Source: Candidatus Methylomirabilia bacterium (GTDB lineage Bacteria > Methylomirabilota > Methylomirabilia > Rokubacteriales > CSP1-6). From it: 64,000 nt of DNA. A model generated the notes under the pieces. It ran no database searches and was not told the DNA's origin. It saw only the letters and a list, made by a program, of their open reading frames with translations. The position numbers and the translations under genes are program-made. Within the stretch, counting starts at the first letter, position 1. Each line of letters opens with the position of its first letter. The stretch spans positions 32,001 through 96,000 of the forward strand of contig JBGQHJ010000001.1 of the NCBI GenBank assembly GCA_041497895.1, read 5' to 3'. Shown piece after piece: positions 29,565 to 37,507 of the stretch.

Positions 29565-30137
29565 TTATCGTCGAGTGCCCGTCGTATCCGGCCGGGGCGG
29601 GATCACGCAGAAGCCCTGGGCCTCGATGCCGAGCGGCACGTTGAGCTTGCTGCGGAAGTTCTCGAGCGCCACCGCGGCGGACAGCTCGACCACCTGTGCC
29701 TCGTCGAAGAAGGACCGCACCCGCGCGAAGAGCTCGTCCGAGACCCGCTGGCCGGTGATGGTCATGGCCTCGGCGTACTCCAGCGCGGCGCGCTCCATCG
29801 GCGAGAAGCGCGCGCTGTCCCGCCAGGTCGGCACCTCGCGCACCTTCTCCTCGTCCGCCCCCGTCTGCATCCCCCTGGATGCATTGATGTCAATTCAGAA
29901 GGGGCAGCCGTTGATCAGGGCGACGCGGAGGTAGATCAGGGGCAGCAGGGCGGCCGGCAGCCTCCCCGATTTCTCGATGGAGGCCCCGAGCTGCTTGGCC
30001 GCCTTGAGGATCGGCGGGCAGTGGGCGAGGACCTTGGTCGTGTTGAGGAGCGAGCCGAAGACCCCCCGCTCGCGCTCGAACAGCTCGCGGAGCATGGGAT
30101 CCCCGGCGTCGTCCTCGATCTCGCGGACCCGCGGCAC
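29565..30137 (-). CDS. AhpD / carboxymuconolactone decarboxylase-family selenoprotein (CxxU; TGA 29895-29897 read as Sec)
   Basis: ORFs 29895-30137 and 29565-29870 are one frame joined by ...RVALINGCPF-TGA-IDINASRGMQTG...; downstream FSPMERAALEYAEAMT...FFDEAQVVELS is the typical C-terminal half. Confidence 0.85.
29866..29883 (-). promoter_or_regulatory. Putative bacterial SECIS hairpin
   Basis: mRNA UGA-AUUGACAUCAA-UGCAUCC-AGGG-GGAUGCA: perfect 7-bp stem with G-containing loop starting 11 nt after UGA. Confidence 0.75.
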
Positions 30138-30140
30138 GGG

Positions 30141-30620
30141 TCAGGCGCCGACGGTCTTGCGGATGCTCCCCATGTGGTCGTCGATGTGGTTGATCAGGAT
30201 GCCCTCGATGGCCTGCTGGGCGGTCATGGGCGCCATGCCGGTCAGCACGGTGCCGCTCTTGTCCAGATCGGCGTCGGGGATCGAGCGCACCACCGCGGCC
30301 GCCTGCTTGACGCCCTTCTCGTGCAGGGCGAGGGTCTCGGCCTTGGTGCAGCCCGCGAAGTCCTTGGCGTGCTTGGCGTTCATCTCGTCGAGCATGCCCG
30401 GGGTGAAGTTGGGGATGGACTGGCCGGAGGCGATCGTCTTCACGATGCCCGAGATGGGCTCGTGGCCCCCGGCGACGTGGTGCGCGGTGACGCCCACCGG
30501 CCACTTCTCGGCGGCGGTGACCTTTTTCCAGTCGGCGTCGGAGAGCTTCTGGATGGTGGCGGTCAGCTCGGCGGCCTTGGCCTCGTACTTCTTCGCCAGC
30601 GATTCGACTCGTGCGCCCAT
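30141..30620 (-). CDS. DinB superfamily protein
   Basis: WPVGVTAHHVA and NHIDDH His motifs; RBS GGAGGAGG. Confidence 0.78.
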   Translation of the reverse strand: MGARVESLAKKYEAKAAELTATIQKLSDADWKKVTAAEKWPVGVTAHHVAGGHEPISGIVKTIASGQSIPNFTPGMLDEMNAKHAKDFAGCTKAETLALHEKGVKQAAAVVRSIPDADLDKSGTVLTGMAPMTAQQAIEGILINHIDDHMGSIRKTVGA

Positions 30621-30745
30621 GTGGGTGCCTCCTCCGTGAGAGTGTGGGACTCGGGACGTCCCGAAGTATACCTGAGGGCGCAAGACCGCATATAATCGGG
30701 TCGGCGCAACCTGCACCTCGGAACAACCGGGAGGGGGGTGAGCAC

Positions 30746-30805
30746 GTGGCCAAGGGACGGAGCATGAAGAAAGAGAAGAAGAAACCGAAGAAGGAGAAGA
30801 AGTAG
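30746..30805 (+). CDS. 19-aa lysine-rich mini-protein / possible leader peptide (MAKGRSMKKEKKKPKKEKK)
   Basis: TATAAT at 30691-30696, G-rich RBS GGGAGGGGGG, GTG start, purine-rich body, TAG 6 nt before ABC-F start. Confidence 0.55.
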   Translation: MAKGRSMKKEKKKPKKEKK

Positions 30806-30811
30806 TTTCGC

Positions 30812-32632
30812 GTGACCCGATCGCTGCTCCTGAGCTGTGAGGCAGTCGGCAAGGCCTACGGCACCCGGTCCCTCTTCGAGGGGCTGTCCTTCGGGCTCTT
30901 CGAGGGGGACCAGGTGGGCCTTGTGGGCCCGAACGGGGCCGGCAAGTCCACGCTCCTCAAGATCCTCGCGGGCCTCGAGTCGCCCGACCGCGGCCGGCGC
31001 TCCCTTCGCGGGGGTGTCCGCGTCGGCTACGTGCCGCAGGATCCCGCCTTCTCGGCCGGCGGCACCGTGGAGGACGTGGTGGCCTCCGCCCTGACCGGGG
31101 TCGACGAGGCCGATCGCCCCGGGCGCATCGCGCACGCCCTGGGCCGCGCGGGCTTCGCGGACGGCCGGGCCCAGGTGGCCACGCTCTCCGGCGGCTGGCA
31201 GAAGCGCCTGGCCATCGCCCGCGAGCTCGCGGCCGAGCCCGACATCCTCCTGATGGACGAGCCCACCAACCACCTCGACGTCGAGGGCATCCTGTGGCTC
31301 GAGGCGCTCCTGGCCGAGCGCGCCCGGGCCTGCCTGGTGGTCAGCCACGACCGCTACTTCCTCGAGCACGTGGCCACCCGCATGCTCGAGATCGACCGCG
31401 CGTACCCCTCCGGCCTGTTCGAGACCGACGGCCGGTACAGCGAGTTCCTCGTCCGGCGCGACGAGTTCCTCCGGGGCCAGGCCGCCTACGAGGACGCGCT
31501 CGCCAACACCGTCCGGCGCGAGATCGAGTGGCTGCGGCGCGGGGCCAAGGCCCGCTCCACCAAGGCCAAGGGCCGGATCAAGGAGGCGGACCGGCTGATC
31601 GAGGAGCTGCGAGACGCGCGGGCGCGCGGCGCCACCCGGACCGCCGGCATCGACTTCGTCGCCTCCGGCCGCCGCACCCGCGAGCTGCTGGTCGCCCGCG
31701 GGCTGACCAAGGCCCTCGGGGGCCGGACGCTGATCCGGGGCCTCGACCTGATCATCACCCCGGGCGTGCGCGTGGGGCTCATGGGGCCGAACGGCAGCGG
31801 CAAGACCACGCTGCTCAACCTGCTGGCCGGCACGCTCGAGCCCGACGCCGGCTCGATCGAGCGCGCGGACGGGCTCCGGACCGTCCGCTTCGAGCAGCAG
31901 CGGACGTGGCTCGACCCGGAGCTGCCGCTGCGCCGCGCACTGGCGCCCGAGGGCGACGCGGTCGTCTTCCAGGGACGCAACGTGCACGTGGCCGCATGGG
32001 CCAAGCGCTTCCTGTTCCCGCCCGAGCACCTCGAGGTGCCGGTGGGCCGGCTCTCGGGCGGCGAGCTGGCGCGCATCCACATCGCCCGCCTCATGCGCGA
32101 GCCCGCCGACCTGCTGATCCTCGACGAGCCGACGAACGATCTCGACATCCCGACGCTGGACGTGCTCGAGGAGAGCCTGGCCGCGTTCGAGGGGGGGCTC
32201 GTGCTGGTCACCCACGACCGGTTCATGCTCGACCGGATCGCGACCGTCATCGTGGCGCTGGACGGCCAGGGCGGCGTGGAGACCTTCGCGGACTATGCGC
32301 AGTGGGAGGCGGCGCGGCGGGAGCGAGTACTCGACACCCACCCCCTCACCGCCGGGCCCCTCACCCTGCCCTCTCCCCGGAGGGGAGAGGGAGAGAAGAA
32401 GGGAAAGAGGCTCGGGTACCTGGAGCAGCGGGAGTGGGACGGGATGGAGGCGACCATCGTCGAGGCCGAGACCGCGCTCGAGGCGTGCCGTCGGGCCGCG
32501 GAGGATCCCGCGATCGCCTCGGACCCCGCAGCGCTCCAGGCCCGCTACGCGGACCTCGAGACGGCGCGGGCCGAGGTCGACCGGCTCTACGCCCGATGGG
32601 CGGAGCTCGAAGGCAAGGGAGAGACAAGATGA
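30812..32632 (+). CDS. ABC-F family ATP-binding protein (Uup-like)
   Basis: Two NBDs (GPNGAGKST, LSGGW, DEPTNHLD; GPNGSGKTT, LSGGE, DEPTNDLD), no TM; C-terminal LGYLEQRE...LYARWAELE. Confidence 0.93.
   Translation: MTRSLLLSCEAVGKAYGTRSLFEGLSFGLFEGDQVGLVGPNGAGKSTLLKILAGLESPDRGRRSLRGGVRVGYVPQDPAFSAGGTVEDVVASALTGVDEADRPGRIAHALGRAGFADGRAQVATLSGGWQKRLAIARELAAEPDILLMDEPTNHLDVEGILWLEALLAERARACLVVSHDRYFLEHVATRMLEIDRAYPSGLFETDGRYSEFLVRRDEFLRGQAAYEDALANTVRREIEWLRRGAKARSTKAKGRIKEADRLIEELRDARARGATRTAGIDFVASGRRTRELLVARGLTKALGGRTLIRGLDLIITPGVRVGLMGPNGSGKTTLLNLLAGTLEPDAGSIERADGLRTVRFEQQRTWLDPELPLRRALAPEGDAVVFQGRNVHVAAWAKRFLFPPEHLEVPVGRLSGGELARIHIARLMREPADLLILDEPTNDLDIPTLDVLEESLAAFEGGLVLVTHDRFMLDRIATVIVALDGQGGVETFADYAQWEAARRERVLDTHPLTAGPLTLPSPRRGEGEKKGKRLGYLEQREWDGMEATIVEAETALEACRRAAEDPAIASDPAALQARYADLETARAEVDRLYARWAELEGKGETR
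32357..32391. repeat. 35-bp palindromic REP-like element, copy 2 (in frame within ABC-F gene)
   Basis: CCCCTCACCCTG-CCCTCTCCCC-GGA-GGGGAGAGGG; encodes PLTLPSPRRGEG. Confidence 0.85.
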
Positions 32633-32928
32633 GCGAGACGCAGGCGGTGGCCACCGTGAAGATCGACAACGCGCAGGTCCGGGTCACCGAGTGGCGCTTC
32701 GCGCCGGGGGCGCACACCGGCCATCACCGGCACGAGTACGCCTACGTGGTGGTGCCGCTCGTGACCGGATCGCTCGCCGCGACCGGCGTCGCCGGCGAGA
32801 CCACCAGCGCGCTGCGGGTCGGCGAGCCCTACTATCGCGACGCGGGCGTCGAGCACGACGTGCGCAACTCGAATCCCTTCGAGTTCGCCTTCATCGAGAT
32901 CGAGCTGAAGCGTGCGCCGGGCGCCTGA
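32629..32928 (+). CDS. Cupin domain protein
   Basis: TGHHRHEYAYVVVP, GVEHDVRN, FIEIELK; ATGA overlap. Confidence 0.85.
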   Translation: MSETQAVATVKIDNAQVRVTEWRFAPGAHTGHHRHEYAYVVVPLVTGSLAATGVAGETTSALRVGEPYYRDAGVEHDVRNSNPFEFAFIEIELKRAPGA

Positions 32929-33061
32929 ACTCCGCAGCGGGGGAATCGCCCGGCGTGCTATCGTAGTGTCCGCCTTCCATTGGGCCCCTCAGGGTGGCGC
33001 TGCGGGCGCCGAGGCCCACCGGCATCTGGCGCGCTGTGCTCCCACCTCCCGAAGGAGCACC

Positions 33062-33202
33062 ATGAAGAAGACCCCTGGAGTTTTCGCCCTCCTCGCCGCC
33101 GCGGTGGTCGGCTTTGGCCATCACGTCGCGAGCCTCTGTGCCAGCGCGCAGGAACGGCTCGTCGGTCGGCAGGGGGGAAACCGGCGTCCACCGGGCCGGT
33201 GA
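33062..33202 (+). CDS. Small hydrophobic/basic peptide (46 aa)
   Basis: AAGGAG RBS then ATG; MKKTPGVFALLAAAVVGFG hydrophobic N-terminus. Confidence 0.4.
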   Translation: MKKTPGVFALLAAAVVGFGHHVASLCASAQERLVGRQGGNRRPPGR

Positions 33203-33215
33203 GCGAGCAGACGCC

Positions 33216-33497
33216 ATGCAGCGAGACGCCGCCGTCTATACCGTGGGTGATTTCATCCGGCGCGTGGTCGAGAGTCTCTTCCGGGCGGACTTCCGGGGCC
33301 GGCTGCTCTGCTCGCGCTGTCTCATCAAGCTGACGAAGGACAACCTGGACAAGAGCTACGCGAAGCGCGACGTCATCCAGGTGATCGACGAGCTGTTCAC
33401 CGCCCCGGGTACGGTCATGCAGGTGGCGACCGCGCCGTGCGGGCTCTGCGCCAGGAAGAAGGTCGCCTGCCTCGGGATGCCGGCCGAGGGCCGGTGA
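33216..33497 (+). CDS. Small hypothetical Cys-rich protein (two CxxC motifs)
   Basis: CSRC and CGLC motifs; protein-like composition. Confidence 0.6.
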   Translation: MQRDAAVYTVGDFIRRVVESLFRADFRGRLLCSRCLIKLTKDNLDKSYAKRDVIQVIDELFTAPGTVMQVATAPCGLCARKKVACLGMPAEGR

Positions 33498-33736
33498 TGT
33501 GCGTCTACTGCGTGGAGGACGCGGGCTGCGAGCACGAGCGTGACGCGTGCGCGGCGAGCGGCGGCCAGCCCTGCGCCCAGTGCGGTCACACCTCCGCGGC
33601 CCGACCCTGGCGCCCACCCGCGTTCCCCGGCCCGGGACCGCGCTGGAGCCGCCCCAAGCCGCGCCCGGCCAAGAAGCCGGTGACGGGCCGGAAGCCCGGG
33701 ACGGCTACTCGCGATCGGCGATCATCCGCTCCCTGA
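33497..33736 (+). CDS. Small hypothetical Cys-rich protein with basic Pro-rich tail
   Basis: TGATG coupling to upstream ORF; CVYC...CEH...C...CAQCGH. Confidence 0.45.
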   Translation: MCVYCVEDAGCEHERDACAASGGQPCAQCGHTSAARPWRPPAFPGPGPRWSRPKPRPAKKPVTGRKPGTATRDRRSSAP

Positions 33737-33926
33737 TCTCGTTGGTGAACAGCGCGAGGGTCAGCGGGCAGGGCGGCTCGTTGGCGTCGAGGTACTGACA
33801 GTCCTTCTCGCTGCACCGCACGAAGAGCTTGCCCCGGCCCGTGATCGCGTTGCGTCGCCGCAGGGTGATCGCCACGTTTTCGGAGACCACCTCGCAGCGG
33901 AACGACTTCGAGGGCATCCGGCTCAC
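33705..33926 (-). CDS. Small hypothetical 4-Cys protein
   Basis: RBS AAGGAG; FRC...RCSEKDC...PPCP. Confidence 0.6.
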   Translation of the reverse strand: MSRMPSKSFRCEVVSENVAITLRRRNAITGRGKLFVRCSEKDCQYLDANEPPCPLTLALFTNEIRERMIADRE

Positions 33927-34022
33927 GCGGTCTCCTTTGCGACGACATGAGCTTCCCGCGCGATCCGGTGAGAGTGACAGGGGCGCGACGGCCTGCCAGT
34001 ATCTTCCGCGAAGACGGCCCGA

Positions 34023-34943
34023 TTATACCTGACCGGGCTCGGGCGTCGGCGGGCGATTTCCGGGCGCGGGCGTGACGAGCGAGCGGAGCACCGCGATGAT
34101 CGCGGAGTTGTCCCGCTCGCCCCATCCGCCCGCCACTCCGGCGGTCAGGAGCTGCCGGTGCAGCGCGGTCGCCAGCAGCGGCGCGCCCGCCGCGTGCCCC
34201 ACCTCGAGCATCAGCTCGACGTCCTTGAGATGCTGGGCGAGCTTGCCCTCCGGCTCGAAGCGCTCCCCGAGCATGCGCTCGCCCTTGACGTCCATCGCGC
34301 GCGAGTAGGCCGCGCTGTCCTTCAGCACCGCGAGCAGGTCGGGGCCGTCGAGGCCCTGGCGCAGCCCGAACAGCAGTCCCTCGGCGAGCGCGAGCCGGTT
34401 CAGCCCGAGCACCAGGTTGACCACCAGCTTGGCGCGCGCCCCCGCGCCGTTCGGGCCCACGTGATGCGCGCGCCGCGCGATGGCGTCCAGCACCGGCCGG
34501 CAGCGCTCGAAGATCCCGCGGTCCCCGCCCACCACCACCGGCGCCTCGCGCCGGCGCGCCTGCCCGCTCGACCCGGCCACCGGCGCGTCCAGCATCGCGA
34601 TGCCCCGGCGCGCGAGGTCGGCGGCGAGCGCGGCGGAGGCGTCCGGGTGGATCGTGCTGCAGTCGACGACGACCAGGCCGGGGCCGGCTGCGTCGAGCGC
34701 GCCGTCATGCCCCAGCAGGACCTCGCGCACGATGTCGGCGGTCATCAGGCAGGTCAGCACGGTGTCCGCGCCGCGGGCCGCGTCGGCGGGCGAGTCGGCG
34801 GGAACGCCGCCGCGGGCGGCGTGCTCGCGCACGCGCTCGGGGGCCAGGTCGTAGCCGCGCACCGTGAAGCCGGCCCGGATCAGGTTCTCGGCCAGGGCCG
34901 AGCCCAGCAGACCCATGCCGATGCAGGCGACGATCGCGCCCAT
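34023..34943 (-). CDS. 3-hydroxyisobutyrate dehydrogenase-family NAD(P)-dependent oxidoreductase
   Basis: IGMGLLG, DCSTI, LDAPVAGS, GAGARAKLVVN, HLKDVEL. Confidence 0.9.
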   Translation of the reverse strand: MGAIVACIGMGLLGSALAENLIRAGFTVRGYDLAPERVREHAARGGVPADSPADAARGADTVLTCLMTADIVREVLLGHDGALDAAGPGLVVVDCSTIHPDASAALAADLARRGIAMLDAPVAGSSGQARRREAPVVVGGDRGIFERCRPVLDAIARRAHHVGPNGAGARAKLVVNLVLGLNRLALAEGLLFGLRQGLDGPDLLAVLKDSAAYSRAMDVKGERMLGERFEPEGKLAQHLKDVELMLEVGHAAGAPLLATALHRQLLTAGVAGGWGERDNSAIIAVLRSLVTPAPGNRPPTPEPGQV

Positions 34944-34975
34944 GCGTGTCTTCCGCGGCGCCGCGCGGCCGGGAG

Positions 34976-35731
34976 CTAGCCGGCGGCCGACAGCGGACGG
35001 GCCGGGGCGAGGCTCTCCAGCAGGCGCCCGAATCCGGTGATCGGCCGGGTGATACCGAGGGCCCGCAGCGCGGTCCAGATGGTGGACTGGTTCGAGCTCA
35101 CGACCGGCCGCCCGGTGCGCTGCTCGATGGCGCTCGCGGCCTCGACCGAGCGCCACGCGGTGCACGAGCAGAGCAGCGCGTCGGCCTCGGGCCGGCACGC
35201 GCGCGAGGCGAACTCCACCACCGACTCCGGGTCCTGGTCGTTGATGCCCTGGTTCCCGGACGCGGCGGCGCGCGGCTCGCCGTCGACGTTCAGCACCTCG
35301 AAGCCCTGGGCCTCGAGGTAGCCGCGGAGCCGCCGGTTGTTCCACTCCGGGTAGGGCGTGGCCACCGAGATGCGCCGGGCCCCGAACGAGCGCAGCGCCT
35401 CGACCACCGAGGGGCTCGTGGCCACCGCGGGGACGCCGGCCTCGCGCCGGATCACGTCGAGCATCTGGTGGTCCCACCCCGGGCCCTTGAAGAAGCTGCC
35501 GGTGGTGCAGCCGTACACCACCACGTCGACGCGCGCGGTCGCGAGGTACCGGGCGCCGCTCTCGATCTCCGTGTTCATGCGCTCGAAGGCCTGATCGCCG
35601 GTGCCCTCGTTGGTCATCCACAGCCGCTGGCCGTGGATGGTGACGCCGGGCGGGGCCACGAGCTGGAAATCCGCCTCGCAGGTGGTGTTCGTCGACGGCA
35701 CCATCACGCCGATCCGTTTGCGCAGGCTCAT
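34976..35731 (-). CDS. Maleate cis-trans isomerase / Asp-Glu racemase family protein
   Basis: RIGVMVPSTNTTCE, YGCTTGS and SCTAW (both catalytic Cys), ATPY, PVVSSNQ. Confidence 0.88.
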   Translation of the reverse strand: MSLRKRIGVMVPSTNTTCEADFQLVAPPGVTIHGQRLWMTNEGTGDQAFERMNTEIESGARYLATARVDVVVYGCTTGSFFKGPGWDHQMLDVIRREAGVPAVATSPSVVEALRSFGARRISVATPYPEWNNRRLRGYLEAQGFEVLNVDGEPRAAASGNQGINDQDPESVVEFASRACRPEADALLCSCTAWRSVEAASAIEQRTGRPVVSSNQSTIWTALRALGITRPITGFGRLLESLAPARPLSAAG

Positions 35732-35780
35732 GGGCGGGCTCCTCGCCGGCTATGATACGGCATCGCGGGGCGGCCCGACA

Positions 35781-35809
35781 TTGACACGATATGGCGGGCG
35801 GCGTAGGGT
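35781..35809 (+). promoter_or_regulatory. Putative sigma-70 promoter
   Basis: TTGACA-17 nt-TAGGGT upstream of ATG 35836. Confidence 0.55.
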
Positions 35810-35835
35810 GCTTCTCGCCTGAACAGGGCTCGAAC

Positions 35836-36996
35836 ATGCGCATCGTCGACGTCCGGGAGCGGTCGGTGGCGATCTCGCGATATCGCGACACGACGATTCC
35901 GTCCGGCGGCCTCACCACGTCGATCGTGGCGGTGGTGACCGACGTGGTGCGGGACGGCCGGCCGGTGGTGGGCTGGGGCTTCGGGTCGGTCGGGCGCTTC
36001 GCCCAGGGCGGGCTCATCCGGGAGCGGTTCGCCCCCCGCCTGCTGGCCGCCGCCGACCTCGCGACGCCGGACGGGGCCGGCCTCGACCCGATGCGGGCCT
36101 GGCGCGCCATGATGGAGGGCGAGAAGCCGGGCGGCCACGGCGAGCGGTGCGTGGCGGTCGGCACGCTCGACATGGCGGTGTGGGACGCGGCGGCCAAGAT
36201 CGCCGGCGTCCCGCTGCACCGCTTCCTGGCCGACGTGGCCGGCGAGCGCCGGGCGGAGACCGACGACGCGACGGTTTACGCGGGCGGCGGCTACTACTAC
36301 CCGGCCGACGACGCCGCGCGCCTGGCCGACGAGATCCGCTGGTTCCTCGACCACGGCTACACGCACGCCAAGATCAAGATCGGCGGCGCGCCGCTCGAGC
36401 GGGACCTGCGTCGCATCGAGGCGGCGGCCGCGGTGGTGTCTCCCGAGCACCTGGCGGTCGACGCCATGAATGCCTACGACGCGCCCCGCGCGATGGAGGC
36501 GACCCGCGCCCTGGCCCCGCACGGCCTCTGGTGGCTCGAGGACATCTGCGACCCGCTCGACTTCGAGACCCACGCCGCGGCCGCGGCCGCGTACGAGCCC
36601 CCGATCGCGGCGGGCGAGGCCCTGTTCTCGGCCGCCGAGGCCCGACTGCTCGACCGGTACGGCGGGCTCCGCCGCGACCGGGACATCCTGCTGTTCGATC
36701 CGGTCCACTGCTACGGCATCCCGGGCCATCTCGACATCGTGCGGACCCTGGAATCGCGCGGCTGGCCCCGCCGCGCGTTCTGGCCGCACGGCGGCCATCT
36801 GTTCACGCTGCACGTGGCCTGCGCGCTGGGGCTCGGCGGCGCCGAGATGAACCCGCTGGCCTTCCGGCCGTTCGGGGGCCTGACCGACCGGACGGTGCCG
36901 GTGAAGGGACGCGTCGCGCCGCCCGACGTCCCCGGCATCGGCTTCGAGGGGAAGGCCGACCTGGCCCGACTGTTTCGCACCCTGCTGGACGACTGA
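35836..36996 (+). CDS. Enolase-superfamily (mandelate racemase subgroup) protein resembling D-tartrate dehydratase
   Basis: EKPGGHGER, YAGGGYYYP, KIKIGG (KxK), PHGGH, PGIGFEGK. Confidence 0.85.
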   Translation: MRIVDVRERSVAISRYRDTTIPSGGLTTSIVAVVTDVVRDGRPVVGWGFGSVGRFAQGGLIRERFAPRLLAAADLATPDGAGLDPMRAWRAMMEGEKPGGHGERCVAVGTLDMAVWDAAAKIAGVPLHRFLADVAGERRAETDDATVYAGGGYYYPADDAARLADEIRWFLDHGYTHAKIKIGGAPLERDLRRIEAAAAVVSPEHLAVDAMNAYDAPRAMEATRALAPHGLWWLEDICDPLDFETHAAAAAAYEPPIAAGEALFSAAEARLLDRYGGLRRDRDILLFDPVHCYGIPGHLDIVRTLESRGWPRRAFWPHGGHLFTLHVACALGLGGAEMNPLAFRPFGGLTDRTVPVKGRVAPPDVPGIGFEGKADLARLFRTLLDD

Positions 36997-37006
36997 GGAG
37001 GCCCTC

Positions 37007-37507
37007 ATGGCCCACACGCTCGAGTCTTTCGCCGCCGCCGCCCACGATCTGCTCACCGCCGAGCCCGGACCGACCGGGCGCGAGAAGGTGCGAAGCCTGC
37101 TCGAGGCGGTGCTGCGCGACGACGCCTTCGTCACGCGGCACCTGACCGACGACGTGCCGGAGCGCAAGATCCTCTTCACCGATCCGCAGCTCGGCTTCTG
37201 TATCCTCGCCCACAACTACAAGGGCGCGAAGGAGAGCAACCCGCACGACCACGGGCCGTCGTGGGCCATCTACGGCCAGGCCCGGGGCGAGACCCTGATG
37301 AACGACTGGGCCCTCGTGGAGCCCGCGACCGAGGCGCGGCCCGGGAAGGTCCGCCACGTCCGCAGCTACCCGCTCAAGCCCGGCATGGCCCACGTCTACA
37401 ACGAGGGCGACCTCCACTCCCCGCGGCGCGAGGGCCCGACGCGGCTCATCCGCATCGAGGGCACCAACATGGACAAGGTCAAGCGCCTGGCCTACGAGAG
37501 GGCCTGA
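37007..37507 (+). CDS. Cysteine-dioxygenase-like cupin protein
   Basis: PHDHGPSWAIYG and GDLHSP motifs; RBS GAGGAGG. Confidence 0.7.
   Translation: MAHTLESFAAAAHDLLTAEPGPTGREKVRSLLEAVLRDDAFVTRHLTDDVPERKILFTDPQLGFCILAHNYKGAKESNPHDHGPSWAIYGQARGETLMNDWALVEPATEARPGKVRHVRSYPLKPGMAHVYNEGDLHSPRREGPTRLIRIEGTNMDKVKRLAYERA

Noticed and set aside
29565..30137. Pseudogene or two separate small genes
   Set aside because: The stop sits exactly at the redox Cys position, the frame is intact and a correctly spaced hairpin follows; Sec recoding explains it better
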